Assembly: GCA_044892505.1 (NCBI GenBank)
Contig: CM097882.1
Coordinates: 120,590,001 to 120,654,000, forward strand
Direction: 5' to 3'
Origin: Schmidtea nova
Taxonomy: Eukaryota
Length of the DNA: 64,000 nucleotides
Shown: piece by piece, positions 38,501-49,161 of the stretch
How positions within the stretch are numbered: the stretch's first letter is position 1
How the letters are laid out: every line of letters begins with the position of its first letter
Program-made: the position numbers and the translations under genes
Notes under the pieces: model-generated
Databases searched by the model: none
What the model saw: the letters and a program-made list of their open reading frames with translations, nothing else
What the model was told of the DNA's origin: nothing

Positions 38501-41500
38501 CTGATTTATTATATAAAATTAAATTTTTTAATAAATAAAACTCCGAAAACAACTCAATAGTCACGCCTATTAGAAGTACGACATTCCAACCTAATATTTA
38601 ATCATTATTTTCTCTTATTTTTGCCATTGATTTTTTCATTTCTATTTCAGAAATTTAAATTTTTTAAAAAGACTAGATAAAATATTTTATTATTTAAACG
38701 TACACGAAATTTCGTCACATACTTTTTGGAAAAAAAATTGATCTAGTCTTTAAAAAATAAAAAAAATTATTAAGGAGACATAATTCTATGTATTCGTAAT
38801 TAAATACAGTGAAGCGTTTGGGATGTCAAAAGTCATATACACCTAATTCTGTTTTTACAAGATAGATACGTTTCTAAAAAAATCGTGTAAAAAAAAAGAT
38901 ATTGGCTGAATGGAAAAATAGTATTGAAAAAATATTGAAAATGGTGTTAAAACAAAGCAATTCGTGTAAAAAGAGAGAAAAAAAATCTTTTTAATTCGTG
39001 TTAAATCAAATTCGTGTAAAAACAATTCGTGTAAAAACAGAATTAGGTGTATATCGAAATGAATCTCAAGCTGTTAATTTGTAAATGATTTCTAAAGAAT
39101 ACTGTATCAAAATTATCCCACTGCATTATAAGATATACAAATATTTGATGGGCACTTTTGTAGTGACTTCACATTCAGAATATTATAATTTTGTTGTTTA
39201 AATAAGTTGGACAATGAGTAAAATTAGTAATCGTGTTAGATAACAGACTTATCGAGTGAATTTGCTGAAGTTTAGTGCAGAGGTTCTCAACCTGTGTATC
39301 GTGAAAATTGCCGAAGATATTTTTTTCTCAAATAGCTGACGGAAATTTATTTTGTTGAAATTGCTTTTAAAATACTAATGTTTATATTTTTTTATAAAGT
39401 ATAGTTTAACTCAGTGTTTCCCAAAGTGTGTTCCGCGGAACCCTGGGGTTCCGTGGACTGATAGCAGGGGTTCCGTGGACTGATAGCAGGGGTTCCGTGG
39501 ACTGATAGCAGGGGTTCCGCGAACTTTTTGTAAATAAATAATTTATAAAAAAAGATTTATAAATAAAGATTAATAAATAATATTCTTATTATACTTCTAC
39601 GAAAACGAAATATCGTAATAGATTGAATTGCTCGGCAGATATGCGCATCCAATTATCAACAATAAAACCAGATATAACAAGGATTTGCAAGGAAAAAAAC
39701 AACAACACTGTTCATACTAATAACATTCATAAGTTTAACTTTTTTTATATTAATCAACAATCGCATGAATTTATTTTATTATTTGTATTATTCTTATTTT
39801 TTTAATAAATACTATAATTTTCTGTATACTATAGCTCTTATTAATTTTCCCGATATTAAAATTTTATGATTTTTGTAAATAGGGTTCCATCAAAAATTTG
39901 AAATCAAAAAGGGTGTCGCGGTGAAAAAACTTTGGGAAATGTTGGTTTAACTAGATTTATTCAAAAACAGTAACTGTTAAAATAATATTAGAATCAATTC
40001 TTGTTTCAATAAAATTTGTTTTGGAAAGTCGCTAGAATAAGTTAACCTTTTCCGAGCGTTAAGGCTCGAAAGTGACTAAAATGCTTCTTTTAGACTTGGG
40101 AGCGATATTCTTGCTTATAAGGCTCGTTAAAGACTAGAATCTTACGTCCGCCTTATGGATACGTGTTCATATGCTTCTTATTGCCCTTCCTAAATAATTT
40201 AATAGCCGCTCACAAAAGGTTAAGTTTATCCACTAGATAAAAAATTGAAAAAATGTGGTCTAATGGAATAATAATTATTTATGCATTGCAATTGATATTT
40301 TATCACTAAATATAGTTATATTAGTGTTTCTTGATCCACACTCTGACACAACGAAAAGAATATGGACAATAAAGCTTTTAATTACAATTAAATTGAAATG
40401 AATGAAAAATATGATCATGTATTACCTCGCGTAGATAAGTTAGACACATTTATACTCTTGATAGGGTTCCATTGATTCTCATGCAGATGAACGAATAAAA
40501 CCAAATCCTAGCATAATGTAATTGTAGCATATGGTGGTTCAAACCGCAATAAGATAGTTTCTCTGGAGTCCCTGTAATTGCCTGTATGATCAAGTATTTT
40601 GGTTTGACTGCCCAGCAGCAACAATAGTTTTATTATTAAATATTATCCACTAATAAAAATTTATGTTTTTTTTATTCAGGTAAAGGGATCAAACATGAAT
40701 TTACTGGGAGAAACTCAAGAAGAAGACCGCAAACTAATTGCTGAGCTGATATGGTCAAAAATGCAAATATTTTGTCGTCCAAATATTCCGTTGGTTCTTT
40801 TAATATTGCTAACTCATCATGAATGTTCCATCATTTTAGTAAAGCCGAAAGCTTACATGTGATGAATCGTCAAAATGAATCTCCAGTCAACCAATCAAAT
40901 CCTCCTGCTAGCGCATCAACAACCAATATTACTTCTCAGATTGGTAGCAGACTGCCTTCACAAATGTCAACATCGGGAATATCGCATGATTATACTGTTG
41001 CGCCGTCTACATCGGCAACTTTTACACAGCAACCATTGACAACAATGGCAACTCGCAGTCAGAATTTCACAGATAATATTAGTAAATCCAATATTGGTCA
41101 CACATCAAGCTTGCCAGCTGCACCGCCCATTACTGCAACATCCAACTCTATGAGTTCAATCAGTGGAATGAATCCGAGTGAGCCAATGAGGTAGATATAA
41201 TTATATAATCACTGTTAATGAATAAATTGTGAATGCAATCCCATAAATAGGTCTAGGGATAATAACCTGTTTCAAACATTTAACAAATACGTGGCGCGCC
41301 CAATAAGTCGTGAGACTAAAATAGAAAGACTTAAGATATCAACACAAAACTTTGTATTTAGAACAAGCATGGGAAATAGGCATCATTTCTCAAAATAATT
41401 TCCTTCTGCACTGACACAATTTTCCCAGCGAATAACGAGGTTTTCGAAGGCATTTTTGAAGAATTCTGGAGGCTTTTCTCCCAGAAAACTCTCCACGGCT

Positions 41501-43171
41501 GCTCTCAAATCATGTTTGTTGGCAAACACCTGGTACCGCAGATGCTTCTTAAGATGGTTAAACAGGAAAAAATCGGAGGGAGCTAAATCGGGGCTGTATG
41601 GTGGATGGGGAAGCAAATTCAGCCCGCAACGCTCAATTTTGGCCATGGAAACGCTGATGGTGTGGATGGGAGCATTACCGTGTAAAAAATAGAGATCACA
41701 CACTCTGCTCTTGCGTCGTGCCTTCCTTGCTTGCTGCACGATGTTAGAGTAGTAAGAACTATTGATCTTCACGCCGGATTCAGCAAAGTCAGTCAGAATA
41801 ATGCCATTGGCGTCCCAAAACACCGTCAGCATGAGAGACTTTCGGTGGCAAGTTGAGGACCACATTTTCAGTGAGCTGCTTTCTCCTGGCAGTTTCCATT
41901 CTTGATACTCTCATTTAGATTCAGGGACATAAACGGTCAACGGTGTCTCGTCCACAGTGATGATATTATCAATGAAACGGTCTCCAACATTGGTCCTGAT
42001 CTGCAGGTTCTCTAAGCAGCATTCCAAGCGTCGTTGTCACATTTCCACCGTTAAGAAGCGTGGCATAAAACGGGAACATAGTTTTCGAATACCACTTTCA
42101 GTGAGGGGAGTATGCACAGTGCCTCTGCTCACATTTAGACGGGTTGTGAGCTCTCTCGTCGTTATTTTTCTCTCGTTTTGCACAATTGTCTGCAGCTTTT
42201 GCGTTATTTTTTCATCAATTTCTGAGGGTCTTCCAGATCTTTCTTCGTCCGCCACGGAGGTTCTACCACTCTGAAAGTAATTGAACCAATGATAAATTGT
42301 TGCTGTGGATGGGCACTCTTGTTGGTAAACAGCTTTCAGTTCAGAAAGAACCTCTTCTCTATATTTGCCTTTCAGAAAGAGAAAGCGAATAACGCTTCGG
42401 TATTGAATAGTTTCCAGAAGCATTTTTCGAATGTTCGCAAAAATATACTTAAACAATAATGGATTATTAAAACAAAATACATTTTCTTTACCTATATATG
42501 TTGAAAATTTAAATATGTCTGTATCAATTTTTTTACTATTATTATTTCTATATTAGTCTCACGACTTATTGGGCGCACCACGTATATTCGGTTCGTACGA
42601 ATTTTTACAAATAAATCTGACGGATACGAGGTATGACTATATTTTGCATAGCAACCAATGCATAGTTTAAATCTGTGTTTCATAACCTAGAGCTTACAGT
42701 GGGTCGGAAAATATGATTTTTTATGCGGACCAGTTAAATATTAATTTCAATTCCCCAGACTTCAGCAAAATATAGGATAGGACCAAACGCGTCTCACTAA
42801 AGTAACTTTACTCGAAGTACGTATATCATAAAAGGTTGATTCTAATAAATATCTGCCCAACATAAATTTATTGGCTATTGTGGATTTGAAAACTTTTTAT
42901 TTTATATACCTTTAAAAGCTGAATAAAGTTTCCTATTAGATTGCCTGATGGTCACCAAGGAGGACAAAATAATGCAAGTAACGCAACCGGATACATTTCA
43001 AACATGAACATGAGATCCACTGGACCACCAAATAAAATAGGCAGTCAGCCAAACCGACCAAACATTCCGCCTCGTCAAACATCTCTCAAGTCGAATGCCA
43101 GTGTCGATGATGGGGATGACACGATGAAGAATTTGAGAAAAACTTTCGCAGGCATTTTTGGAGACATGTAG
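5812..43171 (+). CDS. SYN: synapsin, 3' part (10 exons; 5' exons not found in window)
   Basis: Exons 5812-5903, 5952-6102, 6766-6855, 34872-34934, 36146-36288, 36333-36407, 36453-36555, 40680-40789, 40840-41190, 42940-43171. All introns are GT-AG with matching phases. The joined translation gives the synapsin C domain (AEFSE..., [62 protein letters not shown]) and the invertebrate E-domain end [17 protein letters not shown]. Confidence 0.95.
5952..6102 (+). CDS. SYN: synapsin exon
   Basis: [11 protein letters not shown]...[25 protein letters not shown]|gtgagt; 48-nt upstream intron. Confidence 0.93.
6766..6855 (+). CDS. SYN: synapsin exon
   Basis: ttttaacag|[30 protein letters not shown]|gtaagt; 90 nt, phase 0/0. 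Confidence 0.93.
7150..7742. repeat. diverged LTR-like fragment related to the LTR of Gypsy element A
   Basis: Core GCATTCACCCCAGCTGTCC...CCGGAGTCTCTTCTGGGCTC resembles the reverse complement of the element A LTR core (~11990-12070) and copies at ~31100, ~54300 and ~56730. Ends approximate. Confidence 0.5.
7985..9141 (+). mobile_element. TRIM-like miniature LTR retroelement with minisatellite interior
   Basis: Near-identical direct repeats 7985-8155 and 8968-9141; the 3' copy has TGTAG...CTACA ends. PBS-like TGGTGTCAGAA at 8158; G-tract PPT at 8955-8963; no coding interior. Confidence 0.85.
8180..8925. repeat. complex minisatellite (AAGCACCACGCACTCC / AATCACTCAAAGC variant units)
   Basis: Directly visible tandem variants with higher-order repeats; the ORF at 8157-8357 is its translation. 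Confidence 0.95.
9332..10016 (+). pseudogene. decayed type-I membrane glycoprotein-like ORF (env/accessory-like)
   Basis: ORF pieces 9357-9617 and 9645-9833 and their in-frame continuation carry N-glycosylation sequons (NET, NQT, NVT, NQS, NKT), a 26-aa hydrophobic helix [26 protein letters not shown] and a short tail. Interrupted by stops and frameshifts. Confidence 0.45.
10413..11861 (+). pseudogene. decayed ~480-codon ORF containing a DEDDh 3'-5' exonuclease (REXO4/ISG20-like)
   Basis: ATG at 10413 is in frame with ORFs at 10779, 11415 and 11628, with internal stops; ORF 11041-11535 is frameshifted. Motifs ILFIDAEYG (ExoI), HGITE, LIGHDL (ExoII), RDLA and [14 protein letters not shown] (ExoIII). 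Confidence 0.75.
11886..12731 (-). repeat. 3' LTR of element A
   Basis: Direct repeat of 17213-18078; contains AAATATGACTTG tandem units and a TTGGCTTACTATAGC...GCTATAGCAAG hairpin. Confidence 0.97.
12950..16091 (-). pseudogene. pol of element A (protease, RT, RNase H, integrase) with frameshifts and stops
   Basis: FLVDSG protease (15417-16091); RT with [23 protein letters not shown] and YLDD (14964-15368); RNase H with TDCS, DRELLA and TDHKPL (14067-14744); integrase with [12 protein letters not shown] and IISDQ (13560-13943). Low-coordinate end approximate. Confidence 0.93.
16092..17025 (-). pseudogene. gag of element A (frameshifted)
   Basis: ORFs 16723-17025 and 16295-16897 lie between the PBS and the protease; homologous to the fragment at 19730-20395. 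Confidence 0.8.
17213..18078 (-). repeat. 5' LTR of element A
   Basis: Direct repeat of 11886-12731; adjacent to the PBS. Confidence 0.97.
18184..18462. repeat. diverged tandem duplication, ~140-bp unit x2
   Basis: AATAAAATTTAGAA...GGGTTACACTTCC...GCAGCGATTGAAAGT.GCCAG...TATAAATATTATA occurs at 18184 and 18331. Confidence 0.85.
19630..20395 (+). pseudogene. gag fragment of an element-A-related Gypsy
   Basis: ORF 20071 ([36 protein letters not shown]) is nearly identical to the element A gag; the upstream leader is also homologous. Confidence 0.85.
20460..21400 (+). pseudogene. Gypsy pol (RT) fragment from a different family
   Basis: [31 protein letters not shown] and [10 protein letters not shown], then a frameshift to [13 protein letters not shown]; truncated before YxDD. 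Confidence 0.85.
21640..22062. repeat. degenerate (ATT)n microsatellite
   Basis: Directly visible; continues at 27054-27079 beyond the element B insertion. Confidence 0.95.
22343..23380 (+). pseudogene. gag of element B
   Basis: Broken ORFs at 22343-22618 and 22781-23065, with zinc-knuckle motifs at ~22985-23140. Confidence 0.8.
23724..26811 (+). pseudogene. pol of element B
   Basis: LLDTGA; [13 protein letters not shown] and CLDFRQLN; VYLDDILI; [15 protein letters not shown]; DTDAS and TDHKA; HLLLCHAG; integrase MDIYGP and IIDHYSK. Several stops and frameshifts. Confidence 0.93.
27184..27223 (+). other. genomic copy of a planarian-type spliced leader (3' end slightly degraded)
   Basis: GCCGTTAGACGGTCTTATCAATAACTCTATAATTAATTTG: 38 of the first 39 nt match 50997-51035. 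Not followed by GT, so not an SL RNA gene. Confidence 0.8.
27229..27690 (+). CDS. acidic Ser/Asn-rich low-complexity ORF (cargo 1 of copy 1; probably a truncated host mRNA 5' part)
   Basis: 153-aa ORF starting a few nt after the SL; no recognisable domain; stop codon at the junction with the T-rich linker. Confidence 0.4.
   Translation: MSCKGESMPSINESDNEEEDNLSISEEFSTSDYSSLNRLKNSTLTKTVCETMEHKEEIFNKASTLKSIHCVQNENDTDNSNDSNSNNSGLSRESLESDKEDYTSHICSDNFHYQCNSSTLENQSTIIETEHSVISDIILLNELQEFSDQIKKL
28176..28640 (+). pseudogene. PSMA6: intronless proteasome subunit alpha type-6 fragment (cargo 2 of copy 1)
   Basis: [32 protein letters not shown]...[16 protein letters not shown], then after a frameshift [17 protein letters not shown]...FKTDPSGF...GGKQLE...EKKLRK. 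Collinear with PSMA6 ([32 protein letters not shown]...YTQNAEMRPLGCCMI...KCDPAGY...EKKVKK, as recalled). Truncated at both ends. Confidence 0.9.
28865..29688 (+). repeat. PPT plus LTR remnant, family L2
   Basis: AGATTCGAGGACGAATCT hairpin, PPT AAAGAGGGGAGATA, then TGTTGGGG; internal GGAAACCCGAGCTA tandem units; runs into Ns. Confidence 0.7.
29985..30315 (+). repeat. second PPT plus LTR remnant, family L2
   Basis: AGATTCGAGGTCGAATCT, AAAGGGGAGAGGTA, then TGTTGGG, with GGAAACCCGAGCTA units. Confidence 0.65.
30655..31324. repeat. diverged LTR-like fragment (element A LTR-related)
   Basis: Hairpin AAATTCCTATAGTAA...TTACTATAGGAATTT and core GCACCCCAGCTG...GACTCGGCTGGGTTC. Ends approximate. Confidence 0.5.
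31511..32100 (+). repeat. LTR family L2, 3' part
   Basis: Aligns with 29110-29688 (CCCCAGAAAGAAATA, GGAAACCCGAG, TGTGTTGGGTCTAATTT, GAGTCAGA); ends TAACCCAACA. Confidence 0.75.
32634..34002 (+). mobile_element. Tigger/pogo DNA transposon, internally deleted
   Basis: TIRs CAGTCAAACTCGCTTATAAC / GTTATAACCGAGTCTGACTG (18/20); TA flanks. Broken DDE_1 transposase ([19 protein letters not shown]-terminal ORF 33485-33865). Confidence 0.92.
34872..34934 (+). CDS. SYN: synapsin exon
   Basis: cttcatttag|[21 protein letters not shown]|gtgagc; 63 nt, phase 0/0. Confidence 0.88.
35494..35793. mobile_element. hAT-type MITE
   Basis: TIR CAGTGGCGTACCTAGGG / CCCTAGTTACGCCTCTG; imperfect 8-bp TSD AATATAAT / AATTTAAG. 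Confidence 0.75.
36146..36288 (+). CDS. SYN: synapsin exon
   Basis: [47 protein letters not shown](L). Confidence 0.95.
36333..36407 (+). CDS. SYN: synapsin exon
   Basis: [24 protein letters not shown](K); flanked by 44-nt and 45-nt introns. Confidence 0.95.
36453..36555 (+). CDS. SYN: synapsin exon
   Basis: [34 protein letters not shown]|gttagt. Confidence 0.95.
37354..38594 (-). mobile_element. decayed mariner transposon
   Basis: ORF 38086-38394 has the mariner HTH region ([24 protein letters not shown]); broken catalytic domain downstream. Degenerate TIRs (TTAGGTTGGAA...TGTCGTA) with TA flanks. Confidence 0.85.
38840..39049. mobile_element. Tc1/mariner-type MITE
   Basis: Perfect 20-bp TIR CACCTAATTCTGTTTTTACA; TA flanks. 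Confidence 0.85.
39412..39944. mobile_element. hAT-type MITE
   Basis: TIR CAGTGTTTCCCAAA / TTTGGGAAATGTTG; perfect 8-bp TSD GTTTAACT; internal GGACTGATAGCAGGGGTTCCGT x3. Confidence 0.9.
40046..40219. mobile_element. piggyBac-type MITE
   Basis: TTAA on both sides; TIR CCTTTTCCGAGCG / CGCTCACAAAAGG (11/13). Confidence 0.7.
40680..40789 (+). CDS. SYN: synapsin exon
   Basis: [36 protein letters not shown](P); followed by a 50-nt intron with a CTAAC branch point. Confidence 0.9.
40840..41190 (+). CDS. SYN: synapsin exon (Ser/Pro/Thr-rich linker)
   Basis: ttttag|...EPM(R)|gtagat; phases match both neighbouring exons. Confidence 0.85.
41290..42582 (-). mobile_element. mariner transposon (1293 bp), full length, inactivated; in a synapsin intron
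   Basis: 30-bp TIR CGTGG(C/T)GCGCCCAATAAGTCGTGAGACTAA; TA TSD. Transposase 41383-42456 is in one frame with two internal TGA stops; motifs VDET, LHGNAP (second catalytic D replaced by G) and [13 protein letters not shown]. Confidence 0.97.
42940..43171 (+). CDS. SYN: synapsin last coding exon (E domain)
   Basis: cctattag|...[18 protein letters not shown]. Confidence 0.95.
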
Positions 43172-45755
43172 AAGTAGATGTATAAATTAGACATCGCTTA
43201 CAGACATTTAATTGGATCTTATTTGTTTTGTGTTAGATAGCCATTATTATTCATAATATCTATGGGAGAACTTTGATTATTTTGTGATTTTCTTTCTCTT
43301 TATTAGCTGATAGTAAAATTTTCAAAATGAAATATTTACAAGTGTCAATTATTTTATACTCGAATGATAATTTGTAATAATTAATTAAAAATAAAATAAA
43401 TTTCACAAATTAACTAATATTTACTGGCACACACTAAATTGACAGTATGAATGGTGTAGGAAATTTTTCACTGATTTCAGATGAAAAATTAAATTAGATT
43501 TAATTGGTCAATTAAACGCTAAATAATGGCATATAAGATTTCTCATTTGATAGTATGATGAATTCAGGCCTTATTTTAAGGAATTTTTATCACTGCAGAA
43601 ACGGTAGTTTTTCAGACGTGCCTTAATTGAGGAGCCGAGAGTTATATACCCCTCCATTGTAATGACAACAGCCCCCTCCAAAATTTTGAAAATTTGGGTA
43701 CATGGGTGCATTCATTATACACCCCACACACCCCAATGTGGGTGAACCACCTCCCCCCCTTCACAAGGTGGAATTTCTGGCGGAAACCCTATTGAGGAGG
43801 ATTCCCTTCTAAAACGGTGTTTGATCTAAACTGGTCAGTTTTGGAGGTGCAACATCTACATATTTAAGACCACTTGGGAGATTTGTGTTTTTAGGGGTAG
43901 AAGGAAACACATCTTGATTAAACACTGCCTCTAAAATTGACAATGTAATAAATTGGTTTTACCTTTATGTCTGCACAAAATGCTGAGTAAAATTTTAAAA
44001 TGAGCAAGACGCTCATTTTCACTTTTGATACCTATATCGAGCAACAAGAATGTACATCGTGTTTGCAGGCTTTCCAGCTAAAAATATCAGAATTACGTGT
44101 GTAGGGGTTATCAATCGCTAGCGTGAGTAAACATTGTAATAAATATTTTGACAGGGCTGTCTGTGATAGGCGAAAGACAAACAACTCTCTCCATAAGGTA
44201 ATACCTTTATATAGACAGAGAGGCACACGCGCGATGGCTCTGTCACAGTTGGATAGGTTGTTTGCACACAAGTACATTACAGGCCAGGGGTACTACAGAA
44301 GTGAGAAGTAAGTTCCTTAGTTGTGTGAGTGAAATAAAAGTATGAAGGAGAACATGGTTTGTTGCTTTCAATGCGACCAGTAAATGAAACGTCTGTTTTG
44401 CTTATGGATAAAGCGTCTCACTATCTTGTGATTGAAATAAGGACCAATCGCATGAAATTAACAGGGGAGCAATGTCAAGATGATAAGAAATTACATTACA
44501 CTTCACGCTAATTCAAAATTTCTAACAAAAACAGTACATTTTATCACTGCACAAATTGGTTAACACTGCACGTTAAAATAAGGCCTGGATGAATTTATAT
44601 AAAATATGTATATATCTTTGTCGTTTGGTCACTTCGACTTTTATTTAGTATCCACCTAAATAAAATGATATATAAACCTTTCGCTGCTCGTAAAATAAAA
44701 GTCTGGCTCCGAGAGAGTTAACTCACACCGTGTTTTATTTGTTCCTTGGTAAACACGACTATTCACAATAGTTACACTAACAAGTCAAGTACTTACAGGA
44801 AAGTTAGAGGTTAAAAAGGCAATGTTGCACTTTTAGTATAATAAAATCGGAATTTTGTGTATCTATGTAGATGAATAAACTCGTAATCATCGAAAGATGC
44901 AAGCACGAAATGTCAAAGTGTATTGTGCAGTGAAATGATTAAGACTATCTAATTCAGAGGTCATACTATTAAATGAGAAACCCTATGTTGAGGAACAATT
45001 GAAATTTCAATTAACTGATAACCTTTTTGGTCAATTTCAAATAATAATTTTAAGAGTACTCTGAAGTCAATGGAAAATACAATTCTTATCTCTTAAATAA
45101 ATTTAAACCAATAATTAATTTTAATGGACTATTTCCGCAACGGCAATTGCTGCCAACAGCAGCCTGATAACGTGAATTATGAATACGAAGAAATCATTAA
45201 ACGTCTTGATAACATTAGTTCTTTGCTAATCAAATTTCATTTAAAAAGAAGCTGAAAAAGATCGATAAGATATGTGAAAGACTCGTTAAGGTCCGAATTC
45301 CTCTTGTTAGATCATCAACAATTGATGTAAATCATTATTTTATCAGTTGTTAAGGATATCAATTGGAATTTAATTTTTATTGGATTTTTTGATGTGCGCT
45401 GTGGTGTGCGCTGTGCGGTTTTGGATTCTTTATGTGTGTTTCTGGGTTTGTATCCGCGTGTGTTCCTTGGTGAAATACTCGTCTGTGTGCGAGTTGTTTT
45501 TCGATGAATTGATTTTGAATTCTTGATTTTATTGGAATTATTTGACTATTAATTTTCGTTGTTTTTCGTTGGATCTCTAGAATTATTTTAATTGGAGTCG
45601 ATTTTGATTTGACTTTTCTTGCGTTTAGATTAAAACTATTTCTCTTCACGATTTGATTGTTTATCCAAATCAATTTGATTAATTAAAATTTTGTAAATTT
45701 TTGGTGGAATTGAAAATTATTAAAGTTATTCTTAATTTGATTTTAAATTTGAAAA

Positions 45756-46030
45756 ATGGAATTTGGTAATCTAAAAATCGATATTGGTCAATTAAAATTG
45801 AACGATTATTGTTCAATGAAAACTATATCAATGGATATTATCATTCTACTGCTGATGTTCAAGTGTTTCAAGCATGTTCGTCAATTAAATACTGCTATTT
45901 CCATGCTTTAAGATGGTTTAATCATATCAAATCGTTCTCCGAAGAAAAGAAAGAATTTCGCAAGAATTGTAGTCAAGACAGCAGCAACAACGAAACCTGT
46001 TGAAGTCGATGAAGATGAAGTCAATGAGAA
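45756..46030 (+). pseudogene. EEF1B2: intronless elongation factor 1-beta N-terminal fragment, frameshifted and fused to unrelated sequence
   Basis: MEFGNLK...LKLNDY, frameshift, NYINGYYHSTADVQVFQAC...HALRWFNHIKSF, frameshift, KPVEVDEDEV. Matches EF-1beta MGFGDLK...[24 protein letters not shown]...HALRWYNHIKSY as recalled; the GEF domain is absent. Confidence 0.8.
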
Positions 46031-46300
46031 ATTGATGGTAAAATGGGTTCAACCGAGAGTTTTGAATATCAGCCAAATCGAAATCATGCAAAAGAATATC
46101 GAAAATTGGACTATGGAATACTTCGCTTATAGATATTACTTGACAAGCAACGATGACAGAATATCAAGCTTTTCTCATTCAACATTCTGGTGGAGTTTAC
46201 GATTTATCTTAACGGCAACGCTTGCCACGAATTTTAAATTATTAGAAACACCCTATATTGAATAAACAATAAATTATCAAAAAACAAAATTTGCAAAGAT

Positions 46301-49161
46301 TTATTCAAATTTGGATTTCTTATTTTTGTTTGAATCTCCATTATTATTTTCGTTTTTCCGTTTCTTTTTCTCAACCTTAACAACTTGTTCGACTGGAATA
46401 TCTGACACTGCATCCTTTTTGGCAGATTTCTTTTTATCAGCCTTGAAACTTTGCTTTCCTTTCTCGATTGCTACTTCTGACAATGATTCTTTTTTGATGG
46501 ATTTCTTTTTATCAGTATTCAAAATTTGGATTTCTTGCTTTATTGATTCTTTAGTACTCTCATTCTGCCTTTTTATTTGTTGTCCTTTCGCTTTCCTCCC
46601 AGTCTTTCTTGTTTTCCTCCTCTTCCTATAGGTCTTTTTGTAATCTTGTTCCTCGGCGGTCTCAGGCTGTTCCTTGACTTTCCTATGCTTGACAAATGAT
46701 CCCGTGTGGAGTTTTGGTTTCGGTCGGGCATCTGATGGCAAATGGTCACGAATACGATCGAAACACGCAACAAAGAAACCATTGCAAAGGTCATAACTGG
46801 GATTTGTGCGAATGCATTCTTTGAATAGCTTCTTACCACGGGTCATCCAGCTGTCCATCCAAATTGGACGCAGCTGGAACTCATCTCCAAATTTCTCGAC
46901 AATTTCCTCAACGACCGCCTCGTTCTCCTCGAGCGTCACGGAACAGGTCGAATAAACCACCCGCTTAACATTCGGGAACGAGAGGGCGTGACTGAGTAAC
47001 ATCGCCTGGAAATTGCGTAGGGATTGCAGGCGCTGTTCGTCAACCCGACTGTTATTGTTGCGTTCGGCCATTCGGTCCACCTGACGCATGATACCCGAGC
47101 CTGAGCAGCTGGGATCAAGGCAGATGTACCCGACGTTTGCATAACGCGGATCAGTCGGATCGACTTTCGTGAAGTCTTCCAATTGAGCACTAACGGTAAC
47201 AGATTGGGTTATTGCGTGGGGCTCACGGTAAATCGACAAGGCATGCTCGAGCATTTTGAATCGGGTTTCATCACGGTCAAATGCAAACAACGAGATCGGT
47301 TTGGATGGCTTTTTTTTCTGTGATAAAATCGAGAGCAGGTGAGTTGTTTTGTTTCCAGGAGCAGCGCAAGCATCAATGACGTCCATATCGGTGTCGGGAT
47401 CAAGCACCGCAGCAGGGATGCAGCTAGCCTTGTCCTGTATGAGCACCTTGCGTGCTCGCACTAATTTGTCCGTGTGTAGCACCGCCGAACTGTGGAACAC
47501 CAACAGATCCTCGTGTAAATGATAATCCGGCATAAAATCTCCTTCATTCAGTTCTTTTAACCATTCGAGAAACCTTGGAATATAATAAGAATTAATTTAT
47601 AGAATTTTTGAATTTAAAATTAATAGATTTAATAATTATTATCGATTCAATAATTGTAATTAATTTAACGTTAAAATATTTGACTTTGATATTTTCTGAA
47701 AAAGGAGTCGATTGTTTTACCGAAATTTATTTATTCGAGAAACCTATGGAAACAATTATAATCAATTTTATTTATTTTCAATTCTTCATTTTAAAGGAAC
47801 AGAAGAAAATTTATTTTTTCTAAGCACAAATTTTCGACACTGCCATTTTGAAAAAAAAAGACCTTAACGAAAAATAAGCCGGAGTTAAGTTACTTGTTCC
47901 AAGAGGTAGCTATCCTGGGATCAAGTTCTGCTGATGGATATAAGATAAATAGCCCTACGAGGAATCGGGTCACAAGAAATCCGAAAAGAAGATTGCATAT
48001 CAGTAGTTTAATAAATTTAGATTTCCGTGAATGATAAATAAAATATACATTGGAGAGGTCCTAACGCAAAAAAAATTTTTTTATGGAAATATTGGTATAA
48101 GATTTGGTATTATTTTCGGCGTAATAAATTCGTGACAATGCATTAATTAGTGATGTTAAGGGAAAATTTGATATATTACATTTAACATGAAAATAGCAAT
48201 AAAAATAATAATTCTGTAATCAATATCGATTTTTAATCGAAAATCAAAATAATAAAGTGAATAATTGTCATTATAAGCAATCGATAATGTTGATTATAAA
48301 GAATCTATAAATTAATATATCAATAATAAAAATTAATTTAATTATTGACGTGTTAAAAAAATCAATAATTGATTAAATATTCTTTTTAAATAAAATGTTT
48401 AATAAATTTTATAAATCAATAAAGCAGTAAAAAATAATATTCATAAATAATTTTAAAAATTTTGCTATTTTAGCAATTTTATTAATAAATCAAAGCAATT
48501 CATAAACTAATCAAATTCGACCATAATAGCTTACTGATTATATTTCACAGATTTGTCCTCATAATCCAACAGGTTGTACCCTTCATTAACAAAATGTTCA
48601 ATTGCTGCATGTCGTGTGATCAATAACAAATTGATTCTCACGTAAACTGGTAATTCAATGCTCTTATCAGTAGGCCGATAATGATTAAGGACTTCTTCAA
48701 TTGATTGTAACTTGTTCTCACTGATCAATTCATCAAGGATATCCTTGAATATTCTCATCTTGCTCACCAATGGGCAACCGGAGAGGTTGGATTTTGCTTG
48801 CCCGAATAGCATGTCATATATTTGCACCTTTATTCGACAGTTCTCACATCCGATTCCTCCACTGTTACACTCTCTTGTGTCACTGGTCTGCTGCTTTCTA
48901 CTAGTTTCTATTTGACCAAGTTTAGACCTATGGAGAATCTCAGTAATTATAGTTTTGTTCTTGATAGCTTCAGCTACGATTGCCAGTAATTTCTTCAAAT
49001 CCTATTTAACAAGAATAAAATTATATTAATTTGTACAAATTTGCATTTATTACACTTGTGAAATGAGATTGGAATAGTCCATTTTTTAGATTGCAAACGC
49101 CTGATGCTACTTTGCAATACAAAATTCCAGCTTCTTTATATAAATTAACTTCTGAAGGCAT
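46301..49161 (-). CDS. NSUN5: 28S rRNA cytosine-C5 methyltransferase NSUN5 (3 exons)
   Basis: Exons 49054-49161, 48535-49001 and 46301-47573, joined by GT-AG introns with consistent phases. Motifs LYKEAG, KKLLAIVAE, YDMLFG, LPVYVRIN, LIQDKASC, IDACAAPGNKT, LDPSCSGSG, YSTCS..EENE and GFFVACF; Lys-rich tail. Confidence 0.93.

Noticed and set aside
46640-47540. GC-rich NSUN5 exon as evidence of horizontal transfer
   Set aside because: It splices in phase to two typical AT-rich exons, and other host exons here (6766-6855) are also GC-elevated.
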